Under the pieces are notes generated by a model, which was not told the DNA's origin, ran no database searches, and was given only the letters and a program-made list of their open reading frames with translations. This document shows, piece after piece, positions 1-12,103 of a DNA stretch of 64,000 bases (the first letter of the stretch is position 1; each line of letters begins with the position of its first letter). The stretch covers positions 2,294,001 to 2,358,000 of the forward strand of contig OX337231.1 in assembly GCA_946965045.2 (NCBI GenBank), given 5' to 3'. Both the position numbers and the translations under genes were made by a program. This DNA is from Epithemia pelagica. Its lineage: Eukaryota; Protista; Bacillariophyta.

Positions 1-372
1 TCGAGGTTGAGAGTTGAGATAAGTAATAACTACCGATGCGCTTCCTTTGAGCAGTCGCAAGTCGCAACTCGCGACATGATTCATCACCAAGATCAAAGCA
101 TTCCAAGCTTGACAGAGAAGTCTTCGGTGAGAGACAAGGACAAGGATGACCTTCTGATCTACTCATGCCATTATCGTTCTTCTCCTCTAGTAGTCCTAGC
201 TGTGGATAGGCTATTGACGTTGAGTCAAGAGTTTTGCTGTCTCGTATTTGCCGCAACATCGACTCCTTTCCCACCTTGCACGACTTGATGGATACATGCG
301 TTCAACCAAGACTTCTATGTCCAGGATTGTCAGCGGTTGAGACTTTTCATAAATCCTTTGGCGAAGAGACAT
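1..372 (-). CDS. Possible 5' part of a gene running off the left edge of the window
   Basis: ATG at 372 (MSLRQRIYEKSQPLTIL...). A second stop-free frame (LGLLEEKNDNG...YYLSQLSTS) runs from about 200 to base 1. I could not resolve a convincing splice junction between the two. Confidence 0.25.
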
Positions 373-1373
373 TGCCCTGGGCGTTGAACGGTCGATCTGG
401 TGATCGCCTCAATCCCCCAACAACCCCAGTTGCTGTTCATTTTCAGATTTGCAAATTTCCTATTCAAATGGTCAAAGTCGTGACAAGATTTTCAGGTAGC
501 AGCAAGAGGTGCACGCGCCAGGAGTTGTAGGAAGGACATTTTTACCCGGAACCCAACAGTCGAATAATTACGACTCTTGGATAACCTAAATTGGTGTCTT
601 TCCTAAACAGAGCTCGCTCGCGCGCCTTGTAATTAGGCTTGGTCAGTTGAGTTGTGTCTTGCATAGTTTCAAACGACCTGAATTTTGATCCCAATGCTCA
701 CAAAATAAGAGTACTAAAATTCGTATAGTGATTCTCATGCGACCATGTTTTAAGACTTGTCTCCCAGCGCGCCGCGAAATATTCTTCCACAGCTCGGATG
801 GTTCAGACCCGTGTATCTGACGGACTAGAAAAATGAATGCTCTCACGAACCTACATTTCGCGCGAGCGGAGGGGCGCGCTCTACGGGGACAGTGAGTCTT
901 TTAGTATCGGTCGTTACCCAACTCTTGCTCGCGCAAAAAACATAGGGTCATCCACGTGAAAAATGCAAAACTCCAACCAAGCCATGCCAGGCATGCTCGA
1001 TTGGTTGCCAAGGTAAAAGACCCCGCGCGGAAACATCGCATTTACAAAGACTTGCCACCCTTTGAACTGTGCGATTCCCGTCAAAAATAATCGAACGACC
1101 TGAGTTAGAGTCAAGGATTCATTTCTATTGTGTTTGCTTCTTGTTTCAAACGGACAGAACGGCGGCTGTTCGAGAATAAGCGTCGAAGAAGCGTCACATC
1201 AAATCGTCGATCAGTGGAAAGCTGCTTTTTTTGGTTTTCGTGGAACTCGTCGCTGCCTTTATTGGGCTTGGAGCTTGTTTCCTGAGATTGTCGCTGCGAT
1301 TGCCAATTCGCACCGGCGAAACTAGAATCGTATCCATTTCTCCAAACTACTCAGCTCTGATTTTTTGTGAACC

Positions 1374-4300
1374 ATGAAGCGGTCACATAGCATTGTGTAT
1401 CTCGGAATCGGCTGTCTTGGTGCGCTCGCCTTCACTCAGTCAACGTCAGTCTCACCGGGTTTAATCAATCCCCGCGAATGCTGGGACGTGATGATAAAGG
1501 CTGACACCCCACCCGACGGCAACGGCGACTTTTGCTTGAACGAAGAGGAATTTTTCAGTTTCACGAAAGACTACGATCCTTGGAATACTTATCAAAATGT
1601 ACTCACTGTCAGTGACGCCCCTCAGGCTTGGAAGACCGCTTGGGCAGACCTGATAACCGTTTGCACGCAAGACGTGAACTTGAGAACCTGTGGAGCTGAA
1701 AATGTTGATGCCGAAGGTAATGGATGTATCCCGGTTCGTACGGAGAGACCTCCGGTTGAGATCTCCAATCCTACAGAGTTACATGTGTTTTATGTGTGCT
1801 ACATAACGAGAGAAACCCTGCTCTTCTCGTTAAATTCGGCTGCACCAACACACGCGCCTACGGTCTCAAGTCCACCTTCTACTAATCCTTCATCCTCACC
1901 ATCGGATGAACCAACGGCCTCACCATCTCAATCACCAACAGTCTCAACGGCGCCATCCTTGGCACCGTCTACTTCTCCATCTTCGGTGCCGTCTTCAGTA
2001 CCTTCATCTTCACCATCGGCTCAACCAACGACCTCACCATCTCAATCACCAACTGTTTCTCTAAAGCCGTCCTTGGCACCGTCTACTTCTCCATCTTCGG
2101 TGCCGTCTTCAGTACCTTCCAGCCAGCCGTCGCTGTCTCCCATTATTCTGAAAGAAACAGCCAATGTACGGTTTGCCTTTGTGAGTCAAAGTGAAACGTT
2201 TCTACAGGATGTTCAAAACTTAAGCGTCAGTTTGACGGACTGGTACTCGGATACAAGCGCGGGGATGGCTACGCTATGGCAACAAAACGTTCACGGAGAA
2301 GAAGATTTTCGAAGACTACGAGCTTTGAAACAAAACGCGTTAGCTTGTATATTGGAAAATGCGACTACTACTCGTAAGTGCCCGTTTTGCATGCCCGGTA
2401 CACTCAGCTCTGAAATCTCACTCTTGGGCGTTTAATTGCGATGTCCAGCATGTCCCCAAGACACGGCTGCTTCCACAACTGTTTGCGCTGACACGCAGTA
2501 TGCCTGCGAAATGGAACTGACCGGCCCGGACGTAACCAGGTCAGATGATATTTCTGAACTTGTGGCAGCAGAATGGATATCTGAAATCACTGGAGGAGCT
2601 TATAAAACGATTCTGGATGGTGTCAGAAGTGGCCCGTCCGGTACTATTAATGTACTTACCGGTTCTTCTTTCAGCTCCGTTGAAGGAGCCACACAAACGG
2701 AAAACTTGAGTGCAGGGCTGACTGGTGCGGTGGTAGCAGCTGGAATTTTGGTTGTCATGTTGCCCTTCATGCTCCTGTTGTTCCGGAGGTCACGTTCTCA
2801 AGGAAACCAAAAGCAGAAGGTCTTTTACGAGCCTTATGAAGCAAATGACGACATTGCCAATGAGTTGGAGCCTGAATCAGAACCGACAATTTTTGTAAAT
2901 CACAGCATGACAGGTCGGAGTAATCCGATGCTTGGAGCCACAAAGCCCAGCTATGTTGCGAAGTCTTCATCAACGCAAAAGTTCCTCGACGACGTTGAAC
3001 GTGTTGAGCGCGGGGAAGACATTCTTGCCGAGCCAGAGCTTGATGCAGAGAGAGATTCATCATCAAACGCAGGAAGTTCGGGCTGGTCTTCTTCAGCTGG
3101 ATACTCTAGCTACAACACTGGTTCTATGGACGATTCCATGGACAGAGCCTTGGCACCAGGTACAACTCTGGCGGCAATCGGCGTGACAAGTTCCCTCTCT
3201 AATCAAATGAATGAAAGCCGAATGAGCGATGGTCCCACTTCCACGAGTGTCGTTAGCTCCAGCTCTGCATCTGTAAGCCGTGATCAACTCGACTCGTACA
3301 TTGAAGCAGGCGACTGGGCCGCGGTGGGTGCCACTGCGGCCTTGTTGGCGGCCCAGTCAGAATCACATTCCGCAAGTTCAAACAGCAGGAGTCGAAGAAG
3401 TCGTACTAGCAGCTATGGTTCCGACTCAATGGAAGCGGCCAGGGCCGCAGAACTTGACCACCTGGTGGATGCAGGAGATTGGGAGGGCGTTGTCCTGGCG
3501 GCTGCTCGTTTCGAGGCTGCCGAAATGACTGTTAGCAGTAGAGGCAGTCGGACTGCGTCTTCTGTAGATTCAACTGGATCGCACACACACACTGACGACG
3601 ATGGTGGAGCAACCGGAAGTTCTCCTTCTCAGTCAGAGAGTGCCTCTGGAACAGATTCTCATGCCCTAAGTCGTGCGAGACAACGGAAAGAAATTCGAGC
3701 AGAGGTTGAGGCACTTGTTCGTAGGGTCGTCCCAGAAGAAATTGACAATGTGGACGAAATGATGAACCAATTTAAGGGTCGAGAAGAAGAATTGGTCGAA
3801 ACTCTTAGAACAATGCAAGAGAGAGCAATTGCTCAAAAAGCACGGTCAGCCGGCCACAAAACGGCTAAGCTAGAGGCAAGGAAGAATGTCAAGCGTGGTG
3901 TTGTTCCAGGTGCCCCACCATCAGCCTCTACGCGACTTCAACAAGCTGAATCGCAACCGCCAACTCGAGAGTTATCACCACCGCCTGTTGGCGTTCAAGC
4001 CGTCCCAGTAAAGTCAGAATCAGCAGAAAAAGAGCAACCCACTAATGCGCCAAAAATATCCTCCAGTGGTACTGTCAGTGATAGCAACGAGTCGAGCACT
4101 CTGGGTTCATTGCAGGAAACAAGAAGGTCTCTTGATCGTGCCATTGATGCAGGGGACTGGGAAGCTGTGGGGCAAGTGGCAGCGTTTTTGAGTGACGGAT
4201 CAGTGGCAACCAATGATACGGGAGGAGGGGAAATTGAACGAACAGCTCAATCAAAAATATCGCCATTGTCGGGTGGTACACACACACGGCAAACGAAAGA

Positions 4301-4631
4301 CTCCGAGACAGCTGTACGAGCAGCCGAATTAGATGAAATGATCGATAAAGGTGACTGGAATGGAGTGGTTGCAGCTGCCAAACGCTTTTCTCAGATTGAT
4401 AAATCGTCCAAGCCTGATCTGGGTAGAACTGCTGAAGAAGAAGAAGCGTTGGCACAGGCTGAGTTTTGGACAAACATTGCCAACCAGAAAAAAGCTGAGG
4501 GTGCCAATGATGTTGGTGCCAGTGATGCTGCTGAGTGGGCGATTCAAAGAAGCCTGTCGCAAATGAAGGAAGCCGATCGGAGAAAGGACGTTTCCAGTCC
4601 AAAGAAACAAGCTGAAGAAGATGAGGTATGA
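1374..4631 (+). CDS. Single-pass type I membrane protein: signal peptide, Cys-rich domain, Ser/Pro stalk, TM helix, long cytoplasmic tail with repeated GDW motifs
   Basis: ORFs 1374-2435 and 2436-4631 join in frame through a 75-bp phase-1 intron 2374-2448 (GTAAGT...TCCAG; C+CA=Pro). Hydrophobic N-terminus. TM segment AGLTGAVVAAGILVVMLPFMLLLF is followed by RRSR. Confidence 0.8.
1911..2119 (+). repeat. Coding tandem duplication, 114-bp (38-aa) period, in the Ser/Pro/Thr stalk
   Basis: Copies start at 1911 and 2025 (PT[A/T]SPSQSPTVS..PSLAPSTSPSSVPSSVPSS). The 3' half is nearly identical at DNA level. Confidence 0.9.
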
Positions 4632-4925
4632 CGTTGATCATGCCCCTTTCAGCCGTATTCCAGGCTAGTATCGTGTTTGTTTTATAATAGTCTTTCGTAC
4701 TCCTATTCATCTTGTGTCAAGCGCTTCTTCCCATAGCTCTTTGTCTTGGGCGAACATTTTGCGGGACCTAACAACAGCAGCTCACGGTTCCACATCGGGT
4801 CGACTGACGGACGAGAAAAAGAGGCTAAACTCTCTCTTGCTAAAATCGCGCCATTTTATTGTTCTGTCGCACAACACATCGGATACTCAAACTATTCAAA
4901 TTGCGGGTTGGAAACTTATTCAGTG

Positions 4926-6326
4926 ATGGAACCCGACCAAATCGGTGATCACCATGGATTACCCCCAGCTAATGAAACAGACGCTGACCCACATACTGAA
5001 TTGAAAGGTTCCGAATGGAAGAAAGCTTCTTCAGGAAAGAAAGATGATTCTACTGTTGATTCCGAGGAAGAAAGTGGAGAAAACGACCAGAAAGGGAATG
5101 GAAGAAAGAAGTTACCCGGTTTTGCGGACAGAACCACATTGCGCTTGGTCGAGAGTTACTTGGACAAAGAGTTTGGTGCTGCGACTCTTCGTCGTAACAA
5201 GGGCACAGTCGGTTCAAAAGCACACGGTAGTTGCGACGAAGATGGAATTGCTTCGTTCATGGCCCGCGTTCACAGACAAGCTGAGATTCAAACCGAGTTC
5301 CTGGAGCAAACTAATTTCCTCCTTCATCATCAAATAGATGTCGTATCCAGTGAAGACGCTCAGTCACGTGCTGGATCAGGCTCTCACCCAAATGACAAGA
5401 GAAGTCGGATTCTTGATGACTTTATTGAGCTTGAAGAGGAACAAGCCTTGGTGCGCGACATATTTCATTCCATGACCCACAGCATTGAGCATTCTAACAG
5501 CGGAACCAAAGATGAGACTGACACAGCCAATAGAAGGGGAGTGCTTGACAAACGAACTGTGACTTGGCTTCGCAAGGCTTCGGGTCTACGGTCTGGAAGT
5601 GATGTTTCTTCTGCAAATCATCACCATCCCGCAATTAAGAGTATCGTTGAGAGTGAAGGGCGTCGCCTTACGCGAGGAATGGCGCGCCAGCATATTGACA
5701 AGCAACAGCAAGCAAGTTCGAAGCTTGAAAAGACAAACTCAAGTAAAGGTTCGACCGATGGTTTGGAGGCGCTAGTCTGGGCGTTGGATGACTTGGAGGC
5801 GGACAGTCGCAGGGATAAGGAAGCATCTTCGCGAAATAGTACTACGCGAAAACGTCAGATTGCCACTCCTACAGCAAGAGTTCTCCGACCACGAACGGGG
5901 ACTAGCTTTGCTCCAGTTGGGGACTTGTCGTTGCAACCACATCATCAGTCATCGACACGATCAAGTGTTTCTGCCCGTCCATCCTCAAGACATTCCAAAG
6001 TAGGGAATCTAGGGAAGGCAATTGGCCGAAAGACTTCGCGCTTGAAAGATAATCAATCTTCGTTGGAAAAGGTGACGGCCAAATCGACGACTGCACTCTT
6101 CCGATCCACAAGCCAAGCAGCTGGTCGCCTGCCAAACACACGCAGTCCGTCGAGACGTACCCGGTTAAGACATTCGTCATCCTTGGAAACATCCACTGCG
6201 AAAGCCACAACGGGTGCGAAGAGCAAAGCAAAGCGGAAAGTAAAAAGCGCGTTTCCTGCCACGAGGCGACCTCTTCGACAGACCTACACCCGGTTGACCA
6301 ATGGACGGTCCTCGTCATTCCTATGA
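4926..6326 (+). CDS. Hypothetical low-complexity, basic Ser/Arg/Lys-rich protein
   Basis: Long ORF (4746-6326), first in-frame ATG at 4926. No recognisable domain. Confidence 0.6.
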   Translation: MEPDQIGDHHGLPPANETDADPHTELKGSEWKKASSGKKDDSTVDSEEESGENDQKGNGRKKLPGFADRTTLRLVESYLDKEFGAATLRRNKGTVGSKAHGSCDEDGIASFMARVHRQAEIQTEFLEQTNFLLHHQIDVVSSEDAQSRAGSGSHPNDKRSRILDDFIELEEEQALVRDIFHSMTHSIEHSNSGTKDETDTANRRGVLDKRTVTWLRKASGLRSGSDVSSANHHHPAIKSIVESEGRRLTRGMARQHIDKQQQASSKLEKTNSSKGSTDGLEALVWALDDLEADSRRDKEASSRNSTTRKRQIATPTARVLRPRTGTSFAPVGDLSLQPHHQSSTRSSVSARPSSRHSKVGNLGKAIGRKTSRLKDNQSSLEKVTAKSTTALFRSTSQAAGRLPNTRSPSRRTRLRHSSSLETSTAKATTGAKSKAKRKVKSAFPATRRPLRQTYTRLTNGRSSSFL

Positions 6327-6764
6327 CTACCGTTCTGACCTATCATGAAGCTATTTTTCATGTCGGTCTACCCTTGCACCATTATCTTGCAAGGTCTATT
6401 GGAGATTGATTCCTAAATCAATGGCATTGTATCGCCAGAAACCAGTCGCAAGACTGGTCTTGGTACATTTTTAATTTTGTTTTGTTTCGCAAGAGCCTGT
6501 ATGCTTCAGGGGGTGAACCATCATAGAATATTAGAAGACAGATGATTCTTTCATATTTCTAGATCAAGACTGCAACTGCTGGAGCCTCTTGAGTCTACCC
6601 ATAGGAGTAGGAAGACATAGTGAATCTAGTCCTTCCCGCGCGTCGCGCGACGGACAACGATTTATCATTTCCAGATCCCGAATAGGGAACAACAAATTCT
6701 TCCCTCCACTGCTTCTCACCATACCGTGACAACCTGTTGACGGAAACAAGAAAACGACACAACC

Positions 6765-9069
6765 ATGCCTGGATTAGCTCGATTTGCCAAAAAGCCTCCG
6801 TCATTGACGGCAAGAGACACGGCAGAGGGTGGCGGCGCCGTGGAAGGAAATGCTCCGCCAAAATCTTCAGTACAAGAATCAGAGCATGCTGCCGCTTCTT
6901 CCACTCACGTATCTTTTGCCGAAGGAACAAAGCCTGCCGCTTTCTTGGCATCTCCTCAGCCCAACACATTCTTTGAGGGATTTGGTTTTCCGGACGAGGC
7001 CGAAACGAACAATGATGGATTCATGACGGGATTCAACCTTCCCTCTGAGACAGGGTTTGGTGGTTCTTCCACCGATTTCAGTGCACCATCAAGCTTCCAT
7101 TGCGAACCACCAGTGGTAAGTTCAGCATCTGATCTCAGCTTTGACTCGTTCCATCAATTGTGAATGATCTCACGTATGTGGATACATTGGTGACAAAGAA
7201 AAACGATGCAACGAAACCAAGAGGCATTGGCGGGATTGCTCTCTTTCGAGGAAAGAAACCACAGGAAGGAGATAACAACCCGGGAACACTGTCTTCCAGT
7301 GCTGTAAACCAGTCTACTTCTGTCGAAATGGGTGAATCCGTGGTACGTAGAAGAAAGAAAACCTTCTGGAATATAGTACCTTCTAACGAAACTCGTTTTC
7401 CCAGACTTCGGAAGGACTGTCGTTGCCACAAGCACTTGGAGCTGCGAGCCTATCCAATTTGACTAGTCCTCCCAGTCTCTCTAAAGGATCTGAGACTCAA
7501 ACGGCGACCAATTTTCGGGTTGACCAAGCATCATCACAAGAATCGCAGTCGACAGGTACACTTCCACATATCAATGAAAAATCTGCGAGGACCAGTGAAG
7601 TGGACACATCGTTCTTTGGTGCAAGCAAAGTTCAAACCGAGGCGTCTATTGTTCACGAGGAACAGCCTTCTGATAGGACTAACTTCATGCACCAACAAAG
7701 TGAACTACATGTCGCAACTTCTGAACCAAAGTCGACAGTTGAGACCACGAAAAGTCAGCTCGCGAATCCGAGCTCCTCGATCGCTCCGAGTGGTACCTCA
7801 AGTTCTCATCATCCATCAACAAACACCGCACATCTCTCGGCTGCTGCAGCCTCTCAAAATCGTCACGGAATGGTTGTACCACAAGTCTCAAAAACGCCTC
7901 CACGAGGCCCTCATCAGGGAATGGTTGCACCACAAGTCTCAAAAACGCCCCCACAAGGCGGTCTGAACCCTCCCCCAGTACAAGCCCCGTTCTTTCAGCG
8001 CAAGGTCACTGGAATAGAGCGCCAGACACAACGTTTGGTCCGCCCAGGTCCGGAGACTTCCGAATCACTGCCAAGGGGTATAACCTCTCATCCTCAAAGT
8101 CGCCCAGGAGCCATCATGGAATCAAGAAGACAAACTACCACACCAAGCGTCCCCATGGGTACTGGGATCTTCAAGTCTCGTACGGTATCTGGACCGACCG
8201 AAGCAGGTAAACAGATTCCTGGAAAAGGGCCTCCACGAGTATTGGCGAACCTGTCCAATGGACTCCGAGCATCTACGCGCCAGGGCAACGCCACGCGTAT
8301 TCCCAGTATCTTGGGAAATCGAAAGTCCCAAAACCTGGAACAAAGACCTGCCGGTCAATCAATGGCGCCCATTGCCACATTGAAGCAAGCACCGACACGA
8401 GCGTTGAATAGACCCACGGAACAATTCGAAGCAGATGGGACTCAGCAGGCGCCTCGTTCTACATCCATGGAATCGCATCGGATTGCGCAGCCGAAAACGC
8501 CTGCAGGACAATCTCGTGCCCAAATGCAATCTAACCAAACCATGGCACCGAAAACACCGGCCACCCAACCGCAACAGGAGCAAAACCGTGCAGGTCTTCG
8601 AATGGTCACTCCTGGAACTACAAACACTCCCAAATCTAACCATCAAAACGGAATCGAGAAATTCAATCTTTCGAATAGTTCCACGGACAGTCCCTTCCAT
8701 CATACGGATACAGACGATCTCGTCGGGGGACAAGGCCCGGACAATGCGATTGCAGCACATTCGGCCAAATTTGATGACCAGCAACAACTGCATCTTCAGT
8801 TGCAACGAGAGTTTGGTGACTTGATGGAAGTTTTCAATGAGAAGTCATTAGGTGCTCAAGTCAAACTTCAAGAGAGACACGCTGAGATGCTTTGCCTCCT
8901 TGATGACATGACTGACGTGCAAACAGAACTAGACAACGTCGAAGATATGGTCATGGAGGCCATGGAAGCCGTTCGTCGAGTCTTGCCCATAAAAGAGTTT
9001 GAGGAGCAACAATCGTCCAACAGTCAGGAGATTCCCAAGTCAAATGAGTCAATGGGCCTTCAAAAGTGA
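6765..9069 (+). CDS. Hypothetical disordered S/T/Q/P-rich protein with C-terminal coiled coil (3 exons)
   Basis: Three ORFs join in frame through phase-0 introns 7116-7198 (GTAAGT..AAAG) and 7343-7404 (GTACGT..branch CTAAC..CCCAG). Heptad-like C-terminus (LQLQREFGDLMEVF...LDNVEDMV). Confidence 0.7.
7867..7954 (+). repeat. 51-bp (17-aa) coding tandem repeat GMV[V/A]PQVSKTPP
   Basis: Two copies start at 7867 and 7918. Confidence 0.85.
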
Positions 9070-9517
9070 AAGTGATGGGTTCATCATGATGGTGAAGAAA
9101 ACCAGTCTTGCGATGGTATGGCGACGACGTGACAAGCCTGGTTGTGGCCTCTTTGACACGAATATCAAAATAGTTCAGATTTTCCCATTGTGCTTCGAAC
9201 AGTAGACCCCCCAAAAGTATTCCTAAGAAGATCCTTTTTATCGATGTGCTGTTTCGGTGCCACAAACGATTGTCGTTGTCGATTCAGAGACCGTCATCAC
9301 CCATCAGATCCAGATCGCTTTTCTCATTCCCAAATCAAAACCGACAAAGATTTTGGTTTTTGACATGGGTAGCAAGGGGTGGGTCGCTGATGAGACGCGT
9401 TACAAAGAGCGACTGTAACACGATTCAGTTCTCAACTTTTCTCTTTCTTGTGGGTTCGATTGACCATGGCGCTGACGGGTACTGTACCTGGAGAGCAAAG
9501 ACGACGCAATAACAACC

Positions 9518-11548
9518 ATGGTACCAATGACAAATACAATCCGGAGAAACAGGATTCGAACCAACGTTATTGTCATGTCGGATGCTGGGAAGCCAGTGTT
9601 TGCTCGATATGGCAGAGAAAGTGAAATTGCTCGAATCTGTGGGTTGGTCCAGGCCTTGCGAGGGTCCATCTTGTACCATCCAACACCTCTCGTAGCCGGG
9701 ATGACTCACATTCATACAAGTCCCAATACCAAAACCGGTCCTGGCACAGCCTCTGCCCCGTCTCATGGCAATGGGGACGAAACGGGTACTTCCCTGGGTG
9801 AGATTCAATCCATTCAAACCAATTCCAGTTTGTTAGTGTTTTCGCATGTGGGTGCCATGACACTGGTGGCTGTGGTGGCCAGTCTGGATGGGAAAAACAA
9901 GGGGAAAACGACAAGAACGACGAGAACGGCGGTCGCTGCCGTGGAAGCTCAAGTTCGTCTGCAATTGGAGTATCTGTATAGTCAGCTTGTCTTTCGATTT
10001 ACCGATCAAATTCAACAAGCCTTTGCTCACAATACCAGCTTTGACGTACAAAGCCTCCTTGTGGGTACTGACGAAGGATGGATCCATGCTATTTTGAACG
10101 ATTCCTTCCTCGATACAACGACTCCCTCGACTGCTGAAATCCGACCGAATGATAACCAACACCATCCTCTACATGAAGAACAGCAACACACAAGAGTTCC
10201 CTTGTTTTTGTGTGCCAATCCATCCTTGGCTCCCCTCTCCACTGCCACTCGCCGAAGAATCTCTCATGTATTGCAACAAATCGGTCAGCAAACGGAAAAC
10301 ACCTTGTTTGCCATTCTGTTTGTTGATACGCAATTGGTGTGTTTGGTCCAACCCGACTATGGACCCCATTTGATGCGATGTACCGATCTGCACATGCTAT
10401 TGCACTTTATCGGACAACGACGAGAACGTTTTTATAGTGACTTGTGGTTGCCGGTCTGTCTTCCACGGCTTCATTCCTCGGGATTCTTGCATTGTTATAC
10501 CCGATGTTTGCATCGATTGTCTACTGGCAATGGAAACGACGGCCTCTTGTTGGCACTCCTCAGTCCACTGGGAACTACGGCCCAATTTGAAGCCTTTCGA
10601 CAAGCGGCCAACAATGTTGCCCAGCAATTGGAGTTGCCCTCTTCTTGTGCAGGAGACAATATCAACACAGAGACGCGACACAATCATTTGGTTTCGCCTC
10701 GTTCTCAAGAAATAGAAGACGACGACGAAGAGGCTGTCAATAGCGATGACGATTATGTGGATGCATCCGGAGAAGGAGACCAAATGATACCCTATGCTTC
10801 TATATCGTCCACGACAGCAACACCATGTAGTATTTTGGTAGAAGAATTGGAAACGGCCATGGATCCGATTGCGTCGGAAAAAATGTATCGTTCCCTATTG
10901 GACACGCTGGATCCTCATGCGATTCATTTTTGTTATCGCTACAATGCACCTGTCCGTACCAACCCCCAACAACGAACCCCCAAACTTGGATCGCCACGAC
11001 CAAGACGACGACGGCATCAGGAACCAGCACCAATCATTGGATACCTGACCCAATGCCTCTCATCGTCCATGACGAGTGGTACAAATCATGACACGACGAC
11101 AACAACAACCCCTATTGGTCTTCATTTCCTTTGGAGTATGTACCACAAACTGAGCTTGAGATTGCGTCTGGGTTCAGCCAGCAATGAATCCGTTCACGAT
11201 GCCATGACCATGATTGCTCGCGAAACAAAACAGGACCATGACAAGGACAATCCTCCTCCCGGTGTCGGTCGGTATTGTCCCATGACGGGATTGTTTGAAT
11301 CCTCACCCAACTTTACCGGCATGGCTATGGAATACCATGCCATCAAAGAAAACGATCACAATGACAGTCACGACGAGGGCATTACCTACTTTGGTATGAA
11401 TGGTGCAGAATTTGAATTGTACTATGCATGCCGTGGCAAACTCCAAACGCAACAAGCCGCCAGAGCGGGTGCACGATTGGTTCGACGACTCCAATCCCAA
11501 CAAGATGCACTCTTTCAAACCCATCCACCCACGTGGATCGAACACTAA
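9518..11548 (+). CDS. MON1: Vacuolar fusion protein MON1/SAND (Rab7 GEF subunit, longin domains)
   Basis: Motifs VIVMSDAGKPVFARYG, QLEYLYSQL, TDLHMLLHFI and WLPVCLPRLHSSGFLHCY match Mon1 signatures. Confidence 0.85.
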   Translation: MVPMTNTIRRNRIRTNVIVMSDAGKPVFARYGRESEIARICGLVQALRGSILYHPTPLVAGMTHIHTSPNTKTGPGTASAPSHGNGDETGTSLGEIQSIQTNSSLLVFSHVGAMTLVAVVASLDGKNKGKTTRTTRTAVAAVEAQVRLQLEYLYSQLVFRFTDQIQQAFAHNTSFDVQSLLVGTDEGWIHAILNDSFLDTTTPSTAEIRPNDNQHHPLHEEQQHTRVPLFLCANPSLAPLSTATRRRISHVLQQIGQQTENTLFAILFVDTQLVCLVQPDYGPHLMRCTDLHMLLHFIGQRRERFYSDLWLPVCLPRLHSSGFLHCYTRCLHRLSTGNGNDGLLLALLSPLGTTAQFEAFRQAANNVAQQLELPSSCAGDNINTETRHNHLVSPRSQEIEDDDEEAVNSDDDYVDASGEGDQMIPYASISSTTATPCSILVEELETAMDPIASEKMYRSLLDTLDPHAIHFCYRYNAPVRTNPQQRTPKLGSPRPRRRRHQEPAPIIGYLTQCLSSSMTSGTNHDTTTTTTPIGLHFLWSMYHKLSLRLRLGSASNESVHDAMTMIARETKQDHDKDNPPPGVGRYCPMTGLFESSPNFTGMAMEYHAIKENDHNDSHDEGITYFGMNGAEFELYYACRGKLQTQQAARAGARLVRRLQSQQDALFQTHPPTWIEH

Positions 11549-12103
11549 ATAACCACACAGATCGATTTTTTGTAGTCCAGCGCAAAGAAAGAACGAGTCC
11601 AGATCTCGTTTGGAGTTCCCAAAAAACCTTCTTGGGACTGGAAAACACAAGCCCTCATTGGCAATCACAATGCATCATTGGTTATTTCCTGAGATTGATG
11701 CAGTTGGAAAGAGCATATGCGCAAAGAAAGTGCATCCTAGATTTTCACTCCTCATTTGGAGACGAGAGCGCAATGCAAATACCTTTCGACGTGATCGATA
11801 TTGACGGAATGAGAAGATGATTGATATCCAGTTAACATAGTCTAATACAGTAACAAAATTATCGAGATTGTGCTGATTCTTTTGCTTCATTCTGTCACTT
11901 CACGAGAATTTGATCTTTGACAGCAATGAGAAACATCAACACGTTTCAGCCTTGCTCTATCACTATACAAAAAGAAACTCCTTCGCTTTCGATTGTTGGT
12001 TCGTTGTCCCAGCAAATAACCCCAGATGTGCTTGCACTGACTTTTGACCTGCGGCTAGATACCACGGCTCTTGGTGCAGCGAACTTTGGTATGTCCCATT
12101 CCT

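Noticed and set aside
600-1040. Cluster of CGCG/TTTCGCGC motifs, including a 10-bp inverted pair, resembling E2F sites or TE ends
   Set aside because: No TSD or extended TIR. The motifs are too short to call without comparative data.
6435-6463. Hairpin ACCAGTC-GCAA-GACTGGT (GNRA loop) in an intergenic region
   Set aside because: A single 7-bp stem is expected by chance in 64 kb. There is no Helitron CTRR end or ncRNA context.
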